Assembly (NCBI GenBank): GCA_963724295.1
Contig: CAVRUC010000013.1
Location: 416,001-480,000, forward strand
Direction: 5' to 3'
Source of the DNA: an uncultured Chloroflexia bacterium
Lineage (GTDB): Bacteria; Chloroflexota; Chloroflexia; Thermomicrobiales; UBA6265
DNA: 64,000 nt
The notes beneath the pieces were generated by a model. It worked only from the letters and a program-made list of their open reading frames with translations, did not search any database and was not told the origin of the DNA. Positions 46,383 to 57,171 of the stretch are shown piece after piece. The translations under genes and the position numbers were made by a program. Position 1 is the stretch's first letter, and every line of letters begins with the position of its first letter.

Positions 46383-48479
46383 GTGAACCAAACGTCTCGA
46401 CCTCTCGACCCCTCGACTCACACCCGACTCACACTCCACTTCCGGCTCCCGGCCTTCGTCAGCGTGATCGTTGTGCAAGCCGCGCTGCTGGCACTGTTGG
46501 CGCTGATCGTCCCGGGCTTCCGCTTCACTGAACCAGTCGCCGTGATCCCAACGGCGATCGTGATCACTCTCGCCCAGTCAGTGATCTGGCCGGTCCTCTA
46601 CGGGATCGCCGTCCGCTTCGGCCCGTGGCTCTTCCCGTTCGTCAGCTTCATCCTGACAGGGGCCATGATCACCTTCGCGGGCTGGTTGGACGACCAGCTC
46701 GGCGTCGGTGGCGTCGAGGTGGCCGATCTCTGGACCGGGATCCTGGTGGCGATGGGACTGACCGCCGGTCAGACCTTGCTGGCCGCGCTTTTCGCCATCG
46801 ACGACGAGCAGGCCTACGACCGCTTCGTGACCGCACCGCTGCGGCGTCTCCATCGCGACGTGCCGCGCTCATCAGAGCCGGGTTTCATGTTCCTGGAGAT
46901 CGACGGACTCGCGGAGCCCGTGCTGCGGGACGCTATCGCTCGCGGCTACATGCCGACGCTGCAGCGCTGGCTCTCGTCGGGGAGCCACAAGCTGATCCGC
47001 TGGGATCCCGATCTCTCCTCTCAGACCTCGGCCAGCCAGGCGGGCATCCTGCTCGGTTCCAACGAGGGCATCCCCGCCTTCCGCTGGTGGGACAAACCCC
47101 GGCAGGAGCTGCTCGTCTCCTCGAAGATGGAGACTGCCCACACCCTGGAAGAGTCCCTGTCGACCGGGAACGGACTCCTGGCGCCGGGTGGCGCCGGGCG
47201 CTGGAATGCCTTCTCCGGTAATGCGGCCGAGAACATCGGGGTCTACAGCGTCTTTGGCGATGCCGCCAAGGGATCCCGCAACACCCTCCTCGGCTATCTC
47301 CTCACCCCCTATATGCTCTCCCGCATCCTGACCCTCTATCTCGTCGAGGTGGTGCGCGAGTGGTGGCAGGCGTGGCAACAACGGCGCAAGAACGTCCTGC
47401 CCCGGGTGCATCGCGGGTTGAAGTACTCCTTCATTCGTGCCGGCACGACGATCGCCATGCAGGAGGCGAGCCGCCACATCCTGACCGCCGACCTGCTGCG
47501 CGGGGTGCCGGCGGTCTACAACACCTTCTTCGGCTATGACGAAGTGGCCCATCACTCCGGGATCGACCGCGAGGACTCGCTGAAGATTCTGGCCACGCTC
47601 GACAGGATCTTCGCCCATCTGGAGCGCGTCGCCCGCGAAGCGCCGCGTCCCTACCACCTCTTCGTCCTCTCCGATCACGGGCAAAGCCAGGGCGCGACCT
47701 TCTTGCAGAAATACGGTCTCTCGCTGGCCGACCTCACCCACCAGCTCATGGCCACGGACGGCGCCAGGAACGTCAACATGACGGCGATGCTGCAGACCGA
47801 CGAGGCGATCGGCCACGTCAACGTTGCCTTGAGTGAAGCCACCCGCGGCGAGACGCGCACCGCGAGCGTCCTGCGCCGCATCTTGAGGCCCCGCATGGCT
47901 GACGGGGAGGTCGCCCTGGGGCGGTCCACCGAGAGCGTACCCATGAGCGACGACCCCAATGCCACCGACGTGGTTGTCCTGGCGTCCGGCAACCTGGGGA
48001 TCATCTCCTTCCCGCAATGGAAGGAGCGGATGAGCCTCGAGCAGCTCGACGCCGCGTTTCCGCGCCTCATCCCTGGGCTCATGGCCCACCCCGGCATCAG
48101 TCTGGTGCTTATCCACTCCGAGGAGCGGGGACCGCTGGCCATCGGCAAGCACGGGGCGCACTTCCTGCGCGACGGGACGATCGACGGTGAGGACCCGCTG
48201 ACCCCATTCGGTCCTCACGCGGCGCGACATCTCCGCCGCGAGGCGGAGTTCGCCAACGTCCCGGACATCCTGGTGATCAGCAGCGTCGATCCCATCACCG
48301 GCGAGGTACCCGCCTTCGAAGAGCTGGTCGGCAACCACGGCGGGCTTGGCGGCTCACAGCGCGAGCCATTTCTCCTCTATCCGGCCGTCTTCGACCCCGG
48401 CGCGGAGGAGATCGTCGGCGCCGGCCACCTGCACGACGTCCTGAAAGGTTGGATCGCGCAGGAGCAGGGACCCGACTAG
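46383..48479 (+). CDS. Membrane protein: 4-TM holin-like (DUF360-type) domain fused to an alkaline phosphatase/phosphodiesterase domain
   Basis: 4 N-terminal TMs; LEIDGL, SSQTSASQAGIL, YDEVAHH, LSDHGQ, HGGLGG. Confidence 0.85.
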   Translation: MNQTSRPLDPSTHTRLTLHFRLPAFVSVIVVQAALLALLALIVPGFRFTEPVAVIPTAIVITLAQSVIWPVLYGIAVRFGPWLFPFVSFILTGAMITFAGWLDDQLGVGGVEVADLWTGILVAMGLTAGQTLLAALFAIDDEQAYDRFVTAPLRRLHRDVPRSSEPGFMFLEIDGLAEPVLRDAIARGYMPTLQRWLSSGSHKLIRWDPDLSSQTSASQAGILLGSNEGIPAFRWWDKPRQELLVSSKMETAHTLEESLSTGNGLLAPGGAGRWNAFSGNAAENIGVYSVFGDAAKGSRNTLLGYLLTPYMLSRILTLYLVEVVREWWQAWQQRRKNVLPRVHRGLKYSFIRAGTTIAMQEASRHILTADLLRGVPAVYNTFFGYDEVAHHSGIDREDSLKILATLDRIFAHLERVAREAPRPYHLFVLSDHGQSQGATFLQKYGLSLADLTHQLMATDGARNVNMTAMLQTDEAIGHVNVALSEATRGETRTASVLRRILRPRMADGEVALGRSTESVPMSDDPNATDVVVLASGNLGIISFPQWKERMSLEQLDAAFPRLIPGLMAHPGISLVLIHSEERGPLAIGKHGAHFLRDGTIDGEDPLTPFGPHAARHLRREAEFANVPDILVISSVDPITGEVPAFEELVGNHGGLGGSQREPFLLYPAVFDPGAEEIVGAGHLHDVLKGWIAQEQGPD

Positions 48480-48494
48480 AGCCTCCGCGCCATG

Positions 48495-48683
48495 TGTCAT
48501 TCCGAGTAGTCATGCCCCGGTGGGGCGCCACCACGGCATGAAAAACGGTTCCGCGTACGTTCGCGGATTCCGAGGAGTTTTTCATAGCAGCCGCAGCGAG
48601 GAATCTCGTCGCTCCACGGCCGCTAATAGACGGTCAGACGAGCACCCTCGTGTGACTCCACAGTGCAGTGCCTCGGGATGACA
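48495..48683. repeat. Degenerate TGTCATTCCGAG REP-like element
   Basis: tgtcattccgag ... gaggaatctcg ... gggatgaca. Confidence 0.6.
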
Positions 48684-48717
48684 CGCTTGGCGCATGCCCC
48701 AGTTCAGTCCCTGGCTC

Positions 48718-48989
48718 TTCTTGCAGCTTGAAGAAGACGACCGGATCGATACTGGGTCGACCTCGGTCGGCGTAGTGATCATCGACCCACCCTCGGACGA
48801 ACCCCAGGTCGAGCTTGGACTCGAGGTGGCGGTAGACGTGGCCCTGGGGAACGAGGGCTTCCAGCGAGACGGCAATAGGTTCGTCAAGGCGGCGGGATTT
48901 GGCGGGGCCGAGCATGGGACGCTCCGGATGAGGGTGGACGTCGGACGGGGCGCAGTCTTCCGCTCGCAGCACCACCTTTTTCAGCAAGC
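48718..48989 (-). mobile_element. IS1182-like element remnant (putative end + truncated transposase N-terminus)
   Basis: MLGPAK...SLEALVPQGHVYRHLESKLDLGFVR...YADRGRPSIDPVVFFKLQ (DUF772-like), then the homology stops; GCTTGCTGAAAAAG end-like sequence at 48989-48976. Confidence 0.75.
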
Positions 48990-49116
48990 AGGTCCATTCC
49001 CGGCCCCACCACACGGCTGGACAGATTGCTCGAGAGGTATCAGGCACACTATGCGGAACTTCCTCCGCGTAGCCGCGTGGGCTGCCGCCGCTGCCCACGT
49101 CGAAGGAGCCCATCCT

Positions 49117-49911
49117 ATGGCCCAGACATCTGGCCGCGTCGCCGTCAACGGGGTTGCGCTCTACTACGAGATTCACGGTCAAGGGTCGCCGCTGGTGATG
49201 CTGCACGGAGGTGTCAATCCCTCTGACTTCTTCGGTGCGCCGCTTACCGCCATGGCCGAAACTCATCAGGTGATTGCGATCCACCTGCGCGGCCACGGCT
49301 TCAGCACCGACACGGACGCCCCCTGGACGTATGAACAGATGGCTGACGATGTCGCGGCGTTGCTCGACCATCTTGGCCTGGCGACGGTTGACGTCATGGG
49401 CTGGTCACTGGGCGGTGGGGTCGCCCTGCAGCTGGCGATCCGCCATCCCAACCGTGTCGGCAGGCTGATCGTCATCTCCATGAGCATTCGGCACGACGGC
49501 AACTTTCCCGAGGTCCAGGCCGAGTTCGATGCCATGCCGGGTAAGGCGCCTGCGTACGCGCAGCTGTTCCAGGAGTCACCGCTGGCTGCGCTGTACCCGG
49601 ATATTGACTGGGAGGTGATGATGCGCAAGACCGGGGAGATGCACCGGGCGCCCTACGACTGGTCCGCGGAGGTCGCCCACATCACCGCGCCGACGCTGCT
49701 CATCTTCGCCGACGCCGACATGCTGTTCCTCGAGCACATGGTCGAGTGCTATCGGCTCCTCGGCGGAGGGACACGGGATGCCGGTCTCGATGGGTCACTG
49801 CGTCCGACGCCTAACCAGCTAGCGATCGTTCCCGGCACCACGCACTACAACTTGATGCTGACGGCGACCAGGAGCGCCTCGGACTACGCCAAGGCGTTCC
49901 TGGCGCCATAA
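49117..49911 (+). CDS. Alpha/beta hydrolase
   Basis: LYYEIHGQG, MLHGG, GHG, GWSLGG nucleophile elbow, PGTTH. Confidence 0.9.
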   Translation: MAQTSGRVAVNGVALYYEIHGQGSPLVMLHGGVNPSDFFGAPLTAMAETHQVIAIHLRGHGFSTDTDAPWTYEQMADDVAALLDHLGLATVDVMGWSLGGGVALQLAIRHPNRVGRLIVISMSIRHDGNFPEVQAEFDAMPGKAPAYAQLFQESPLAALYPDIDWEVMMRKTGEMHRAPYDWSAEVAHITAPTLLIFADADMLFLEHMVECYRLLGGGTRDAGLDGSLRPTPNQLAIVPGTTHYNLMLTATRSASDYAKAFLAP

Positions 49912-50178
49912 CCCCACGATCACGGCGTGAGTCCGCGTTATGGTCCGGTACGGCGCCAGCAATCCGGGTGATTCCGATAACGCACCGTACGTATTGAAAA
50001 GTCCGGTGCGTCCGGGTTCGGGGACTTCCAGCGTCTGGAGCAGCCCACTGTCGTACCGAGATCTTGCGCACCTGTCGATATTGCGACTCGCTCCAGCCCT
50101 TGAAACACACTTGGAGACCTCGTTGTCGCCCTGTCGATGCTGCTCCTCCCTGATCGACAAGTACGTGAAGGAGGAATC

Positions 50179-50592
50179 GTGAAGCTTGACCGAGCAACGG
50201 TGTGCCTACCCATCAAGGATCGCCTGGTATCGCACGCCTTCTACACCGCCCTCCGGTTCGCGGCAGTGGGCGAGCTGGGGGACGATGGGCTACCCGAGCC
50301 CCTGCAGTTCGAGATCAGCGCCGGATTGCGCGTGATGCTCATTCCGTCGCGCGGCTTCGGCTGGGTGATCGGTGATCGCAGACGATCGCCCCGTGGTTCG
50401 CATGAGTGTCTGGTCGTGATCGGGCTGGCCACCGATGCCGAGGTCGACGACCTGATGCGTCGCGCGCGGGATGCTGGCGCCGAGATCGTCTTCGAAGCTG
50501 GAAACCAGAAATGGGGATACGCCGGCGCCTTCGCCGACCCCGACGGCCATATGTGGCAGGTCAGCCGCGCTGATGGCGTCCTAACTCGATAG
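50179..50592 (+). CDS. VOC/glyoxalase family protein
   Basis: EVDDLM..A..AGA, WGYAGAFADPDGHMW. Confidence 0.85.
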   Translation: MKLDRATVCLPIKDRLVSHAFYTALRFAAVGELGDDGLPEPLQFEISAGLRVMLIPSRGFGWVIGDRRRSPRGSHECLVVIGLATDAEVDDLMRRARDAGAEIVFEAGNQKWGYAGAFADPDGHMWQVSRADGVLTR

Positions 50593-50679
50593 GGAACCCC
50601 AAACCGGCACGCGCTACGATTTGTGGCACCGACCGTATCATGACCGACGAAATCAACCAACGGGAAAGGAACCGCGCTC

Positions 50680-51294
50680 ATGAAGCTGACGACCATCACG
50701 CACGTCACCGTCGATGGCGTGATGCAGGGCCTTGGCGGTTCGGACGAGGACCGCAGGGGCGGATTCGAGCGCGGCGGATGGGCTCTCCCGCTCTTCGATG
50801 ACGAGGCCGCGACGTTTCTCGACCAGGTCTTCCGGCGCGCCGACGCGTTCTTGTTCGGCCGCCGGACCTACGAGATCTTTGCCGGCTCCTGGGGAACCGG
50901 CTCCTGGGGGACAAATCAGGGCAACAACCCGATCTCCGTGGCGTTGAACACGCGGCCCAAGTACGTGGCATCGACCACGCTCACCGACCCGCAATGGCCG
51001 GACACTTCCGTTCTCTCAGGTGACGTCGCGGCGGCCATCGGCAAGCTGAAAGCCCAGCCGGCAGGTGAGCTGCAGGTGCATGGCAGCGGCGCCCTGGTCC
51101 GCTGGCTGCTCGACCACCACCTGGTCGACGAGATCATCCTGCTCACCTATCCCGTGGTCGTCGGCCAGGGCATGCGGCTGTTCCCCGACACCGGCCCGGA
51201 CACCGCGCTCGAGCTGCTCGAATCGCGGACTACCCCCGGCGGGGTGATCATCCAGGTCTACCGGACGACCGGGCGCCCGCAGTACGCAACGTGA
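50680..51294 (+). CDS. Dihydrofolate reductase/RibD C-terminal family protein
   Basis: TVDGVMQ, FGRRTYE, PKYVAS, VHGSG.L, YPVVVGQG. Confidence 0.88.
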   Translation: MKLTTITHVTVDGVMQGLGGSDEDRRGGFERGGWALPLFDDEAATFLDQVFRRADAFLFGRRTYEIFAGSWGTGSWGTNQGNNPISVALNTRPKYVASTTLTDPQWPDTSVLSGDVAAAIGKLKAQPAGELQVHGSGALVRWLLDHHLVDEIILLTYPVVVGQGMRLFPDTGPDTALELLESRTTPGGVIIQVYRTTGRPQYAT

Positions 51295-51535
51295 CGGCTG
51301 ACATGAAGCATGTGATACAGAATCAACATCGGAGGGGCAGTACGACCGCAGCGACCAATGGACGCTGTCCCGTGGGGACGCCAGCGGCGCCGCCGTCTCG
51401 ACGCAATGACCGATACCATTCCGGGCGCGACGGCCTCAGGTGTCCCGTCCGGTTCGGGTGGGGCGCCGGAGCGGGGCCAAGTTCAACATCGAGGACAAGC
51501 GGATCTTCGGCGCTGCGCACGATCCGGGAGGAGAC

Positions 51536-52417
51536 GTGAGCCAGGCGCACCACGGCACAACCGCAGGGCTCTTGGGGTATCCCGACGACGCGCGGTTGCT
51601 GCTGGTCAACGCCGACGACTTCGGCATGTACGACGCCATCAATGAAGCGGTGATCCGCGCGTTTACGGAGGGGATCGTCCAGTCCACAAGCCTGATGATC
51701 CCCTGTCCCGGCGCTGCCGAGGCGCTGCGCCTCCTCAAGGAGCACCCGGATCTCCCCTTCGGCGTCCACCTCTCGGTCGTTCGAGACATCGCGCACTACC
51801 GCTGGGGCCCGCTCGCCCCCAGGGAGCGCGTGCCGTCGTTGCTCGCCGAAAACGGCGACCTGTTCCTCGATGACCGGATGCCCGAACTGCTGGCACGGGC
51901 AAAGGTCGAGGAGCTGGAAGCCGAGTTCCGGGCGCAAGTCGAAACGGTGCTCGCCGCCGGCCTCCGGCCCAGCCACCTCGATTGGCACTGCCTGGGTGCC
52001 CAAGACTGGGTCAACGGGGGGCGGGCAGACGTGTTCGAATTGACCCTCGGGCTGGCCAGGGAGTACGGACTGGCGCTTCGGGTCGACGCCCAGCCGTTCA
52101 TCAACCGGCTCCAACGCCGTGGCTTGCCCACCGCCGACCACGACCTTCTGGACAGCTTCACGCTAGACGTTGAGGGGAAGTCGACCCGGTACGCCGCGCT
52201 GCTTCGGGCGCTACCCGCGGGCCTTACCGAATGGGCGGTCCACCCGGGCCTCGGCAGCGCCGACGCGCAGGCTATTGACCCCGACGGCTGGCGGGTGCGG
52301 CAGACCGACCTTGAGTTCTTGACCTCGCCGCGGGCGCGGGAGATCGTCCAGGAGGAGGGTATCGTCCTCATCAGTTACGAGCCGCTACAAGCGGTGTGGC
52401 AAAGCCGATCCCCATAG
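51536..52417 (+). CDS. ChbG/YdjC family deacetylase
   Basis: NADDFG, GVHL, PSHLDWH, HPG. Confidence 0.88.
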   Translation: MSQAHHGTTAGLLGYPDDARLLLVNADDFGMYDAINEAVIRAFTEGIVQSTSLMIPCPGAAEALRLLKEHPDLPFGVHLSVVRDIAHYRWGPLAPRERVPSLLAENGDLFLDDRMPELLARAKVEELEAEFRAQVETVLAAGLRPSHLDWHCLGAQDWVNGGRADVFELTLGLAREYGLALRVDAQPFINRLQRRGLPTADHDLLDSFTLDVEGKSTRYAALLRALPAGLTEWAVHPGLGSADAQAIDPDGWRVRQTDLEFLTSPRAREIVQEEGIVLISYEPLQAVWQSRSP

Positions 52418-52705
52418 CCGCCGCTAGTCCGCTTTCGCGCGGGCCGGCCACCGGGATGGCAGCCGATCACGCCAGCCAAGGTGCCGAGGCGACGGCCGCC
52501 CCGGGCTTCCTCGCGCCGGGACCCTTCGAGACCACGAGAGGCTTCATTTCACACTGGAGTCTCGCTCAATTCCTGGCATCGGAACCGGTGTCCGCACGTG
52601 TTCGCACTCTCAGCCGGCTTTTTTCAACAGCCTGGGGCGTTATCGGAACCGACCAGTACGATGTTTGCGGACAGCACGCATTATCCCGCGTGCCCCGACC
52701 TTAAT

Positions 52706-52733
52706 TTGACATATTCGTTCTCGCCTCTATAAT
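52706..52733 (+). promoter_or_regulatory. Consensus sigma70/sigmaA promoter
   Basis: TTGACA-N16-TATAAT. Confidence 0.75.
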
Positions 52734-52985
52734 GGTCACACCTCAGACAGTGACCCATCCGGCGCACTGCTGCTCTTGATCGCCTGCGCCGCGATGACGG
52801 ACCTCGCGCCTCCGGCCTGAGCCGTTCCGACGGCATGCCGGGGGGCGCAGACGCCCCCCGGTCAATACCAGCACCATGCTTGATCCCGCACCCAGGTGGG
52901 ATTCCCCCTGTGTGGCCGCCTGTTGGGGAGCGACTGCATCCCACCGGACCATCCTCGGTCCGGCAGTTGCTCGCCCGGAGGCACC

Positions 52986-53390
52986 ATGCTATCTCATCCT
53001 GCCGTCAACGGAGCCCGTCCCCGCATCCTGGCCATCACCGACGACCCGAGCATCCGCGCCCTGTTCCAGGCCCTCCAGCAGGTGGAGGGCTACCACATCT
53101 CCATCCGCGTCTACGTCGATCACGACCTGACCGCGATCACGACCCTCCCGCCGAACGTGATCATCCTGGATTGCGTGGGGAGCCTCGAGGACGCCCCCTG
53201 GAGACTGCTGCTGGTATTGCGCGGGGATTCGGCCACCAAGGCGATTCCGCTCATCCTCTGCACCGGATCCGTGCGCGAGGTCGAGCTGCTGCCGCCGCAC
53301 CTCACGGTGATGGGCATCAGCGTGGTCATCAAGCCGTTCACCATCGACCAGTTGTGCGAGGCCATCCAAGAACGCCTCATCGCTGCGTGA
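52986..53390 (+). CDS. Single-domain response regulator (receiver)
   Basis: ILAITDD, VIILD, IPLILCTG, KPFTIDQL. Confidence 0.8.
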   Translation: MLSHPAVNGARPRILAITDDPSIRALFQALQQVEGYHISIRVYVDHDLTAITTLPPNVIILDCVGSLEDAPWRLLLVLRGDSATKAIPLILCTGSVREVELLPPHLTVMGISVVIKPFTIDQLCEAIQERLIAA

Positions 53391-53571
53391 GACCTGCGGC
53401 AGTTGGCGGCGGCGGCTCACGACGGAGAGGCTGCTCGCGAAAAGGATGACCTATTCTTCGCGGATAATGGATCTGTGTCCGCTGAATGTGACCGATCCAG
53501 CCTCAGCGTGGGTCAGCAAAACAAGGCTACCGAGCGGTCCGCGCTGGCCGCGGCGGAGAACCGAGTGCGTC

Positions 53572-56268
53572 TCACAGCACACCCAGGTAGCGGCCTTGGT
53601 CGACGGCCTGGGTACGGTTGCCGACACCCAGCTTGCCCATGATGTTGCTGAGGTGGGTCTTGACCGTCTTCTCGCTGATAAAGAGGTGCTGCCCGATGCC
53701 GCGGTTGGACAGCCCCTCGGCCACCAGCCGCAAGACCTCGATCTCCCGCTCGCTCAGCGCATCCGGCATGTCCGACGGTCCCAGCGGGGCGGCCACCGCC
53801 GCCTGGGTGATCTCGGCCATGATGCTCTTGACATAGTCGCGATGGCTGATGCGCGCCGAGGCGTGACGCAGCAGGGGAGTCAACCGCTCCTCCTCGGCCA
53901 CGAAGGTGCGCAGGTAGCCGCCCTTGCTGCCCAGCTCGAGGGCGCTGTGCAACGCCGTGAAGGCGTCGTTGGCCTGGTCGCACGCCTTGTGGGCCAGCGC
54001 CGTCAAGAGCAGAATCTCCACCCGATCGCCCTGCCGGCCGTTCGCGATGGCGAGCGCGTCGATGCGCTGCAGGATCGCCAGCGCCAGCTCCGGCCGGTGC
54101 TGCTGCAGCAGCAGCCGCACGTAGGTCAGGTGCTCGAGGTGGCGCTCGTACTCCGGCGGCATGTACGGATCCAGCTCGCAGCTGTCGGCCCAGCGCTCGG
54201 CCAACGCCAGCCGGTTGGAGCTCAGCCAGAAGCGGGCTTGCTGGGCACTGATGGTTCTCACGAATTGCAGCGCACCGAGTTGATTGGCGAAGCCAATGGC
54301 CCGCTCGATCTCGTCGAGGGCCGCCTCCCGCTCCCCTTGCGCCCAGGCCACACGGGCCAGGGCTGCGCGGACCAGACCCCGTACGTGGAGCTCTTGCATC
54401 ATCTCGCCCTGTTCATCCGCCCGCTCGAGCGCACGTCGGGCGTCGTCCAGCAAGCCCCACTCCAAGTAGATACAGCCAAGCACGTGCAGCGCCGTTTGAC
54501 ACCAGAGGTCCACAGCCCGGTCGCCAACAGACTGGATCACCTGCCGGCAGAGCAGTGAGGCTTCCAGCAGCCTCCCTCGCTGCATCAAGGCAGTCGCGGA
54601 ATACACCATTTCGAACGGTCGCAGCCAGGTGCGACCCGACGTATCGATCAACACCCTCGCCTCCGAGAATAAGTCTTCGGCGGCGACCGACTCCCCATGA
54701 TGGAGGTGGGCAACCCCTTGCGTCATCAAGGCGAAGATGCGCTCAGCCGGTCGACTCACCGGGAGGACTTCCAGGGCCCGTTGCGCGTACTCGATCGTCT
54801 GGTGCTTGGTCGCAGCCACGAACGAGTGGACCGCATGCCAGAGCAGGACCAATCCTTCGCCTGTGCGATCCCCGGTCACCGCCCAGGCTTCCTCCGCGAT
54901 GCGCAGCGCGGCACTGCCCTCGGCCCAGTGACCCGTGCGTCCGTGCGCCCAGGCGAGCCAGAAAGCCAGTCGCGGCGAGGTCGCCAGGACATGTGTCGGA
55001 ATCCCCTGCAGCCAGGTGCGCAGGGTCGCTATGTGATCGCGCTCGAAGAGCCCGGCGCAGACCTCCTCGAGCAACTTGACGGTGCGCTCCCAGTCGCGCC
55101 CGGCGGTCGCATGGCGAATGGCATCCTCGAAAAAGCCATTCGCCTCCAGCCAGACCGCGGCACGCTGGTGAAGCTCGGCGATCTCCTCGTCGGTGGCGGT
55201 CTGGCTCAGCCGCTCGCGCAGGGCGTCGGCGAAGAGCGGGTGATAGCGATACCACGCGCCCTGTCCGGCCAAGGGCAGGATGAACAGGTTGTCGCGTTCG
55301 CAGCGACGCAGCATCTCATCGCCGGTGCCGGTCTCGGTGACGGCGTCACACAAGGCGGCGTTGAACCGGTCCAGGACCGCGGTGCGCAGGAGAAATGCGC
55401 GCACATCCTCCGGTTGGCGCTCGAGAACTTCTTCCCACAAGTATTGGTGGCCCAGGTCTGCGTTACCACCGAACTCCTGAATGAACGTGGCTGCTTGCTC
55501 TCGCGTCCGCCCACGCAGCGCCGAGCCAACCAGTTGCAGGCCCGTGACCCACCCCTCGGTCCGCTCGTGAATCACCTCGATCTCGCTGGGGGTCAGGTCC
55601 AGCTCGAGTGAGTCATGGAAGTACTGCCGCGCCTCCTCCGCACTGAACGGCAATTCGTCTTGCGTGATGAGTAAGAGCTCGCCGCTGGTCTGCAGGCGCG
55701 CCAAGCGCAGCGGCGGTGTCGTGCGGCTGATCAGCATCAGTCGCATCGTGGTCGGCACGTGCTCGAGCAACAGGTCGATGGCCCGGTGGATCTCTGGCGC
55801 CTCGATCACATGGTAGTCATCCAGCACCAGGGCGAACGACCGCGTCGTGGTCGAAAGATCTTCGATCAGCCGGCGAACGATGGTCTCGGCACGCGGCTCC
55901 CCGCCTCCGCTGAGCACCTGCGCGGTACCGGCGGCGAGATCCCGGTCGATGAGGTGCAACGCGGCCAGGACGAGGGCGAAAAACGTTGCCGGATCGTTAT
56001 CGCTTGGCTCCAGCCTGACCCATGCCGTCGGCAACGCCAGCTGAGTCACCCATTGCGCGGCCACAGTCGATTTGCCGTAGCCGGCCGGTGCGGTGATGAC
56101 CGTTGATCGACGCTCTGGGTCGTCGCTGAGCTTGGTGATCAGGCTCGACCGTTGCACGAGATTGGCGTGCAGGCGCGGTGGGTAGAGTCTCGTTGACGGC
56201 AGCGGTCGTGGCGGCGTCCGGATGGTCGCGTCCGCCTCGGGACGGAGGACTTCCACAGGCTCGCTCAT
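53572..56268 (-). CDS. MalT-like STAND ATPase-TPR-LuxR transcriptional regulator
   Basis: [34 protein letters not shown]...SEKTVKTH LuxR HTH. Confidence 0.92.
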   Translation of the reverse strand: MSEPVEVLRPEADATIRTPPRPLPSTRLYPPRLHANLVQRSSLITKLSDDPERRSTVITAPAGYGKSTVAAQWVTQLALPTAWVRLEPSDNDPATFFALVLAALHLIDRDLAAGTAQVLSGGGEPRAETIVRRLIEDLSTTTRSFALVLDDYHVIEAPEIHRAIDLLLEHVPTTMRLMLISRTTPPLRLARLQTSGELLLITQDELPFSAEEARQYFHDSLELDLTPSEIEVIHERTEGWVTGLQLVGSALRGRTREQAATFIQEFGGNADLGHQYLWEEVLERQPEDVRAFLLRTAVLDRFNAALCDAVTETGTGDEMLRRCERDNLFILPLAGQGAWYRYHPLFADALRERLSQTATDEEIAELHQRAAVWLEANGFFEDAIRHATAGRDWERTVKLLEEVCAGLFERDHIATLRTWLQGIPTHVLATSPRLAFWLAWAHGRTGHWAEGSAALRIAEEAWAVTGDRTGEGLVLLWHAVHSFVAATKHQTIEYAQRALEVLPVSRPAERIFALMTQGVAHLHHGESVAAEDLFSEARVLIDTSGRTWLRPFEMVYSATALMQRGRLLEASLLCRQVIQSVGDRAVDLWCQTALHVLGCIYLEWGLLDDARRALERADEQGEMMQELHVRGLVRAALARVAWAQGEREAALDEIERAIGFANQLGALQFVRTISAQQARFWLSSNRLALAERWADSCELDPYMPPEYERHLEHLTYVRLLLQQHRPELALAILQRIDALAIANGRQGDRVEILLLTALAHKACDQANDAFTALHSALELGSKGGYLRTFVAEEERLTPLLRHASARISHRDYVKSIMAEITQAAVAAPLGPSDMPDALSEREIEVLRLVAEGLSNRGIGQHLFISEKTVKTHLSNIMGKLGVGNRTQAVDQGRYLGVL

Positions 56269-56822
56269 GGCTCGGCTCCCGTCATCAGCACGCAACTAGG
56301 TGTGCCGTCCAACCAGATGAGAAGGCGAGTCGAACGCTCCATGTTCGATCCGACTGGGCTGCGTGCGACCTGGCCATCGACGCTGCTGAACGGGTGGCGA
56401 CCGGCCGAAGCTATCCTGCTACGGCCCCGACTAGATACGCTCACCTGCGTGCTTGATGGGAAGTGTAGCAAACCTGGCGCGGGGTGCTATCGGAACAAAC
56501 GAAAGCGCCGAAGCTTCAACAGAAGAATCGGCGTGGCCGAAGGCCTGGGTCCCCACATCCGGATCAGGCGGACGGTTGTTGCTCGCGTGGCGGCGAGTGG
56601 GGCTTCCTTATGCGCCGTTCGGCCGATGCCGCTACGACCCGTGGTGCGGCACCATTCCGGCCGTACCTCGAGATGTCCCCGTGGCGCGGCGCACTCGTGT
56701 GCTGCCGCATCCGGCGGGACTCTGGGACACACCGAGCCGCCCGGAGCCCTCCGTCCCGTCGCCGCGCAACGGGCGAGGACGGAGCCGGCGTGCCCACCTG
56801 ATCGTTGCGCGGGAGGACGGCC

Positions 56823-57070
56823 GTGACCTGGTTGGAATGGGCGCTGGGCTTTGTGCTGCTGTCGCTCTACATCACGTGCCTGTTCACGGTCTGCTCGCTG
56901 ACCTTTCAAAAGGGGCGCACCGTGCTGGGCATCGTCGGCATCGTCGCCCCCTGGCTGTGGCTGATCGGCGCCTTCCTTCCCGCCAAGCCGGGGTCGCGCT
57001 ACGCGCTCGCCCAGCAGGCCGCCGGCTCAGCGGCCGGTCGCCCAGCCCGCACTCTGAAGGCGCGACGGCG
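56823..57070 (+). CDS. Small 2-TM membrane protein (3' end uncertain)
   Basis: RBS GGGAGGA; MTWLEWALGFVLLSLYITCLF...TFQKGRTVLGIVGIVAPWLWLIGAFLPAKPGS; the frame continues into low-complexity sequence. Confidence 0.55.
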
Positions 57071-57171
57071 CCGTGCGTCCGAGGTGGTGTCCGCTGCCGG
57101 TTGCGGGGCGGCGGGGACGGCGTCAAATGCACGCGCGTGGGAGCGAACGGGTAGGGGACACGATTCCCACC

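Noticed and set aside
46383..48479. Prophage lysis gene
   Set aside because: The holin-like domain is fused to a phosphodiesterase domain and there are no phage genes nearby
5405..55611. Many long antisense/alternate-frame ORFs (e.g. 5405-6547, 10449-11618, 46872-48338, 53446-54558)
   Set aside because: Shadow ORFs expected in high-GC DNA opposite well-supported genes
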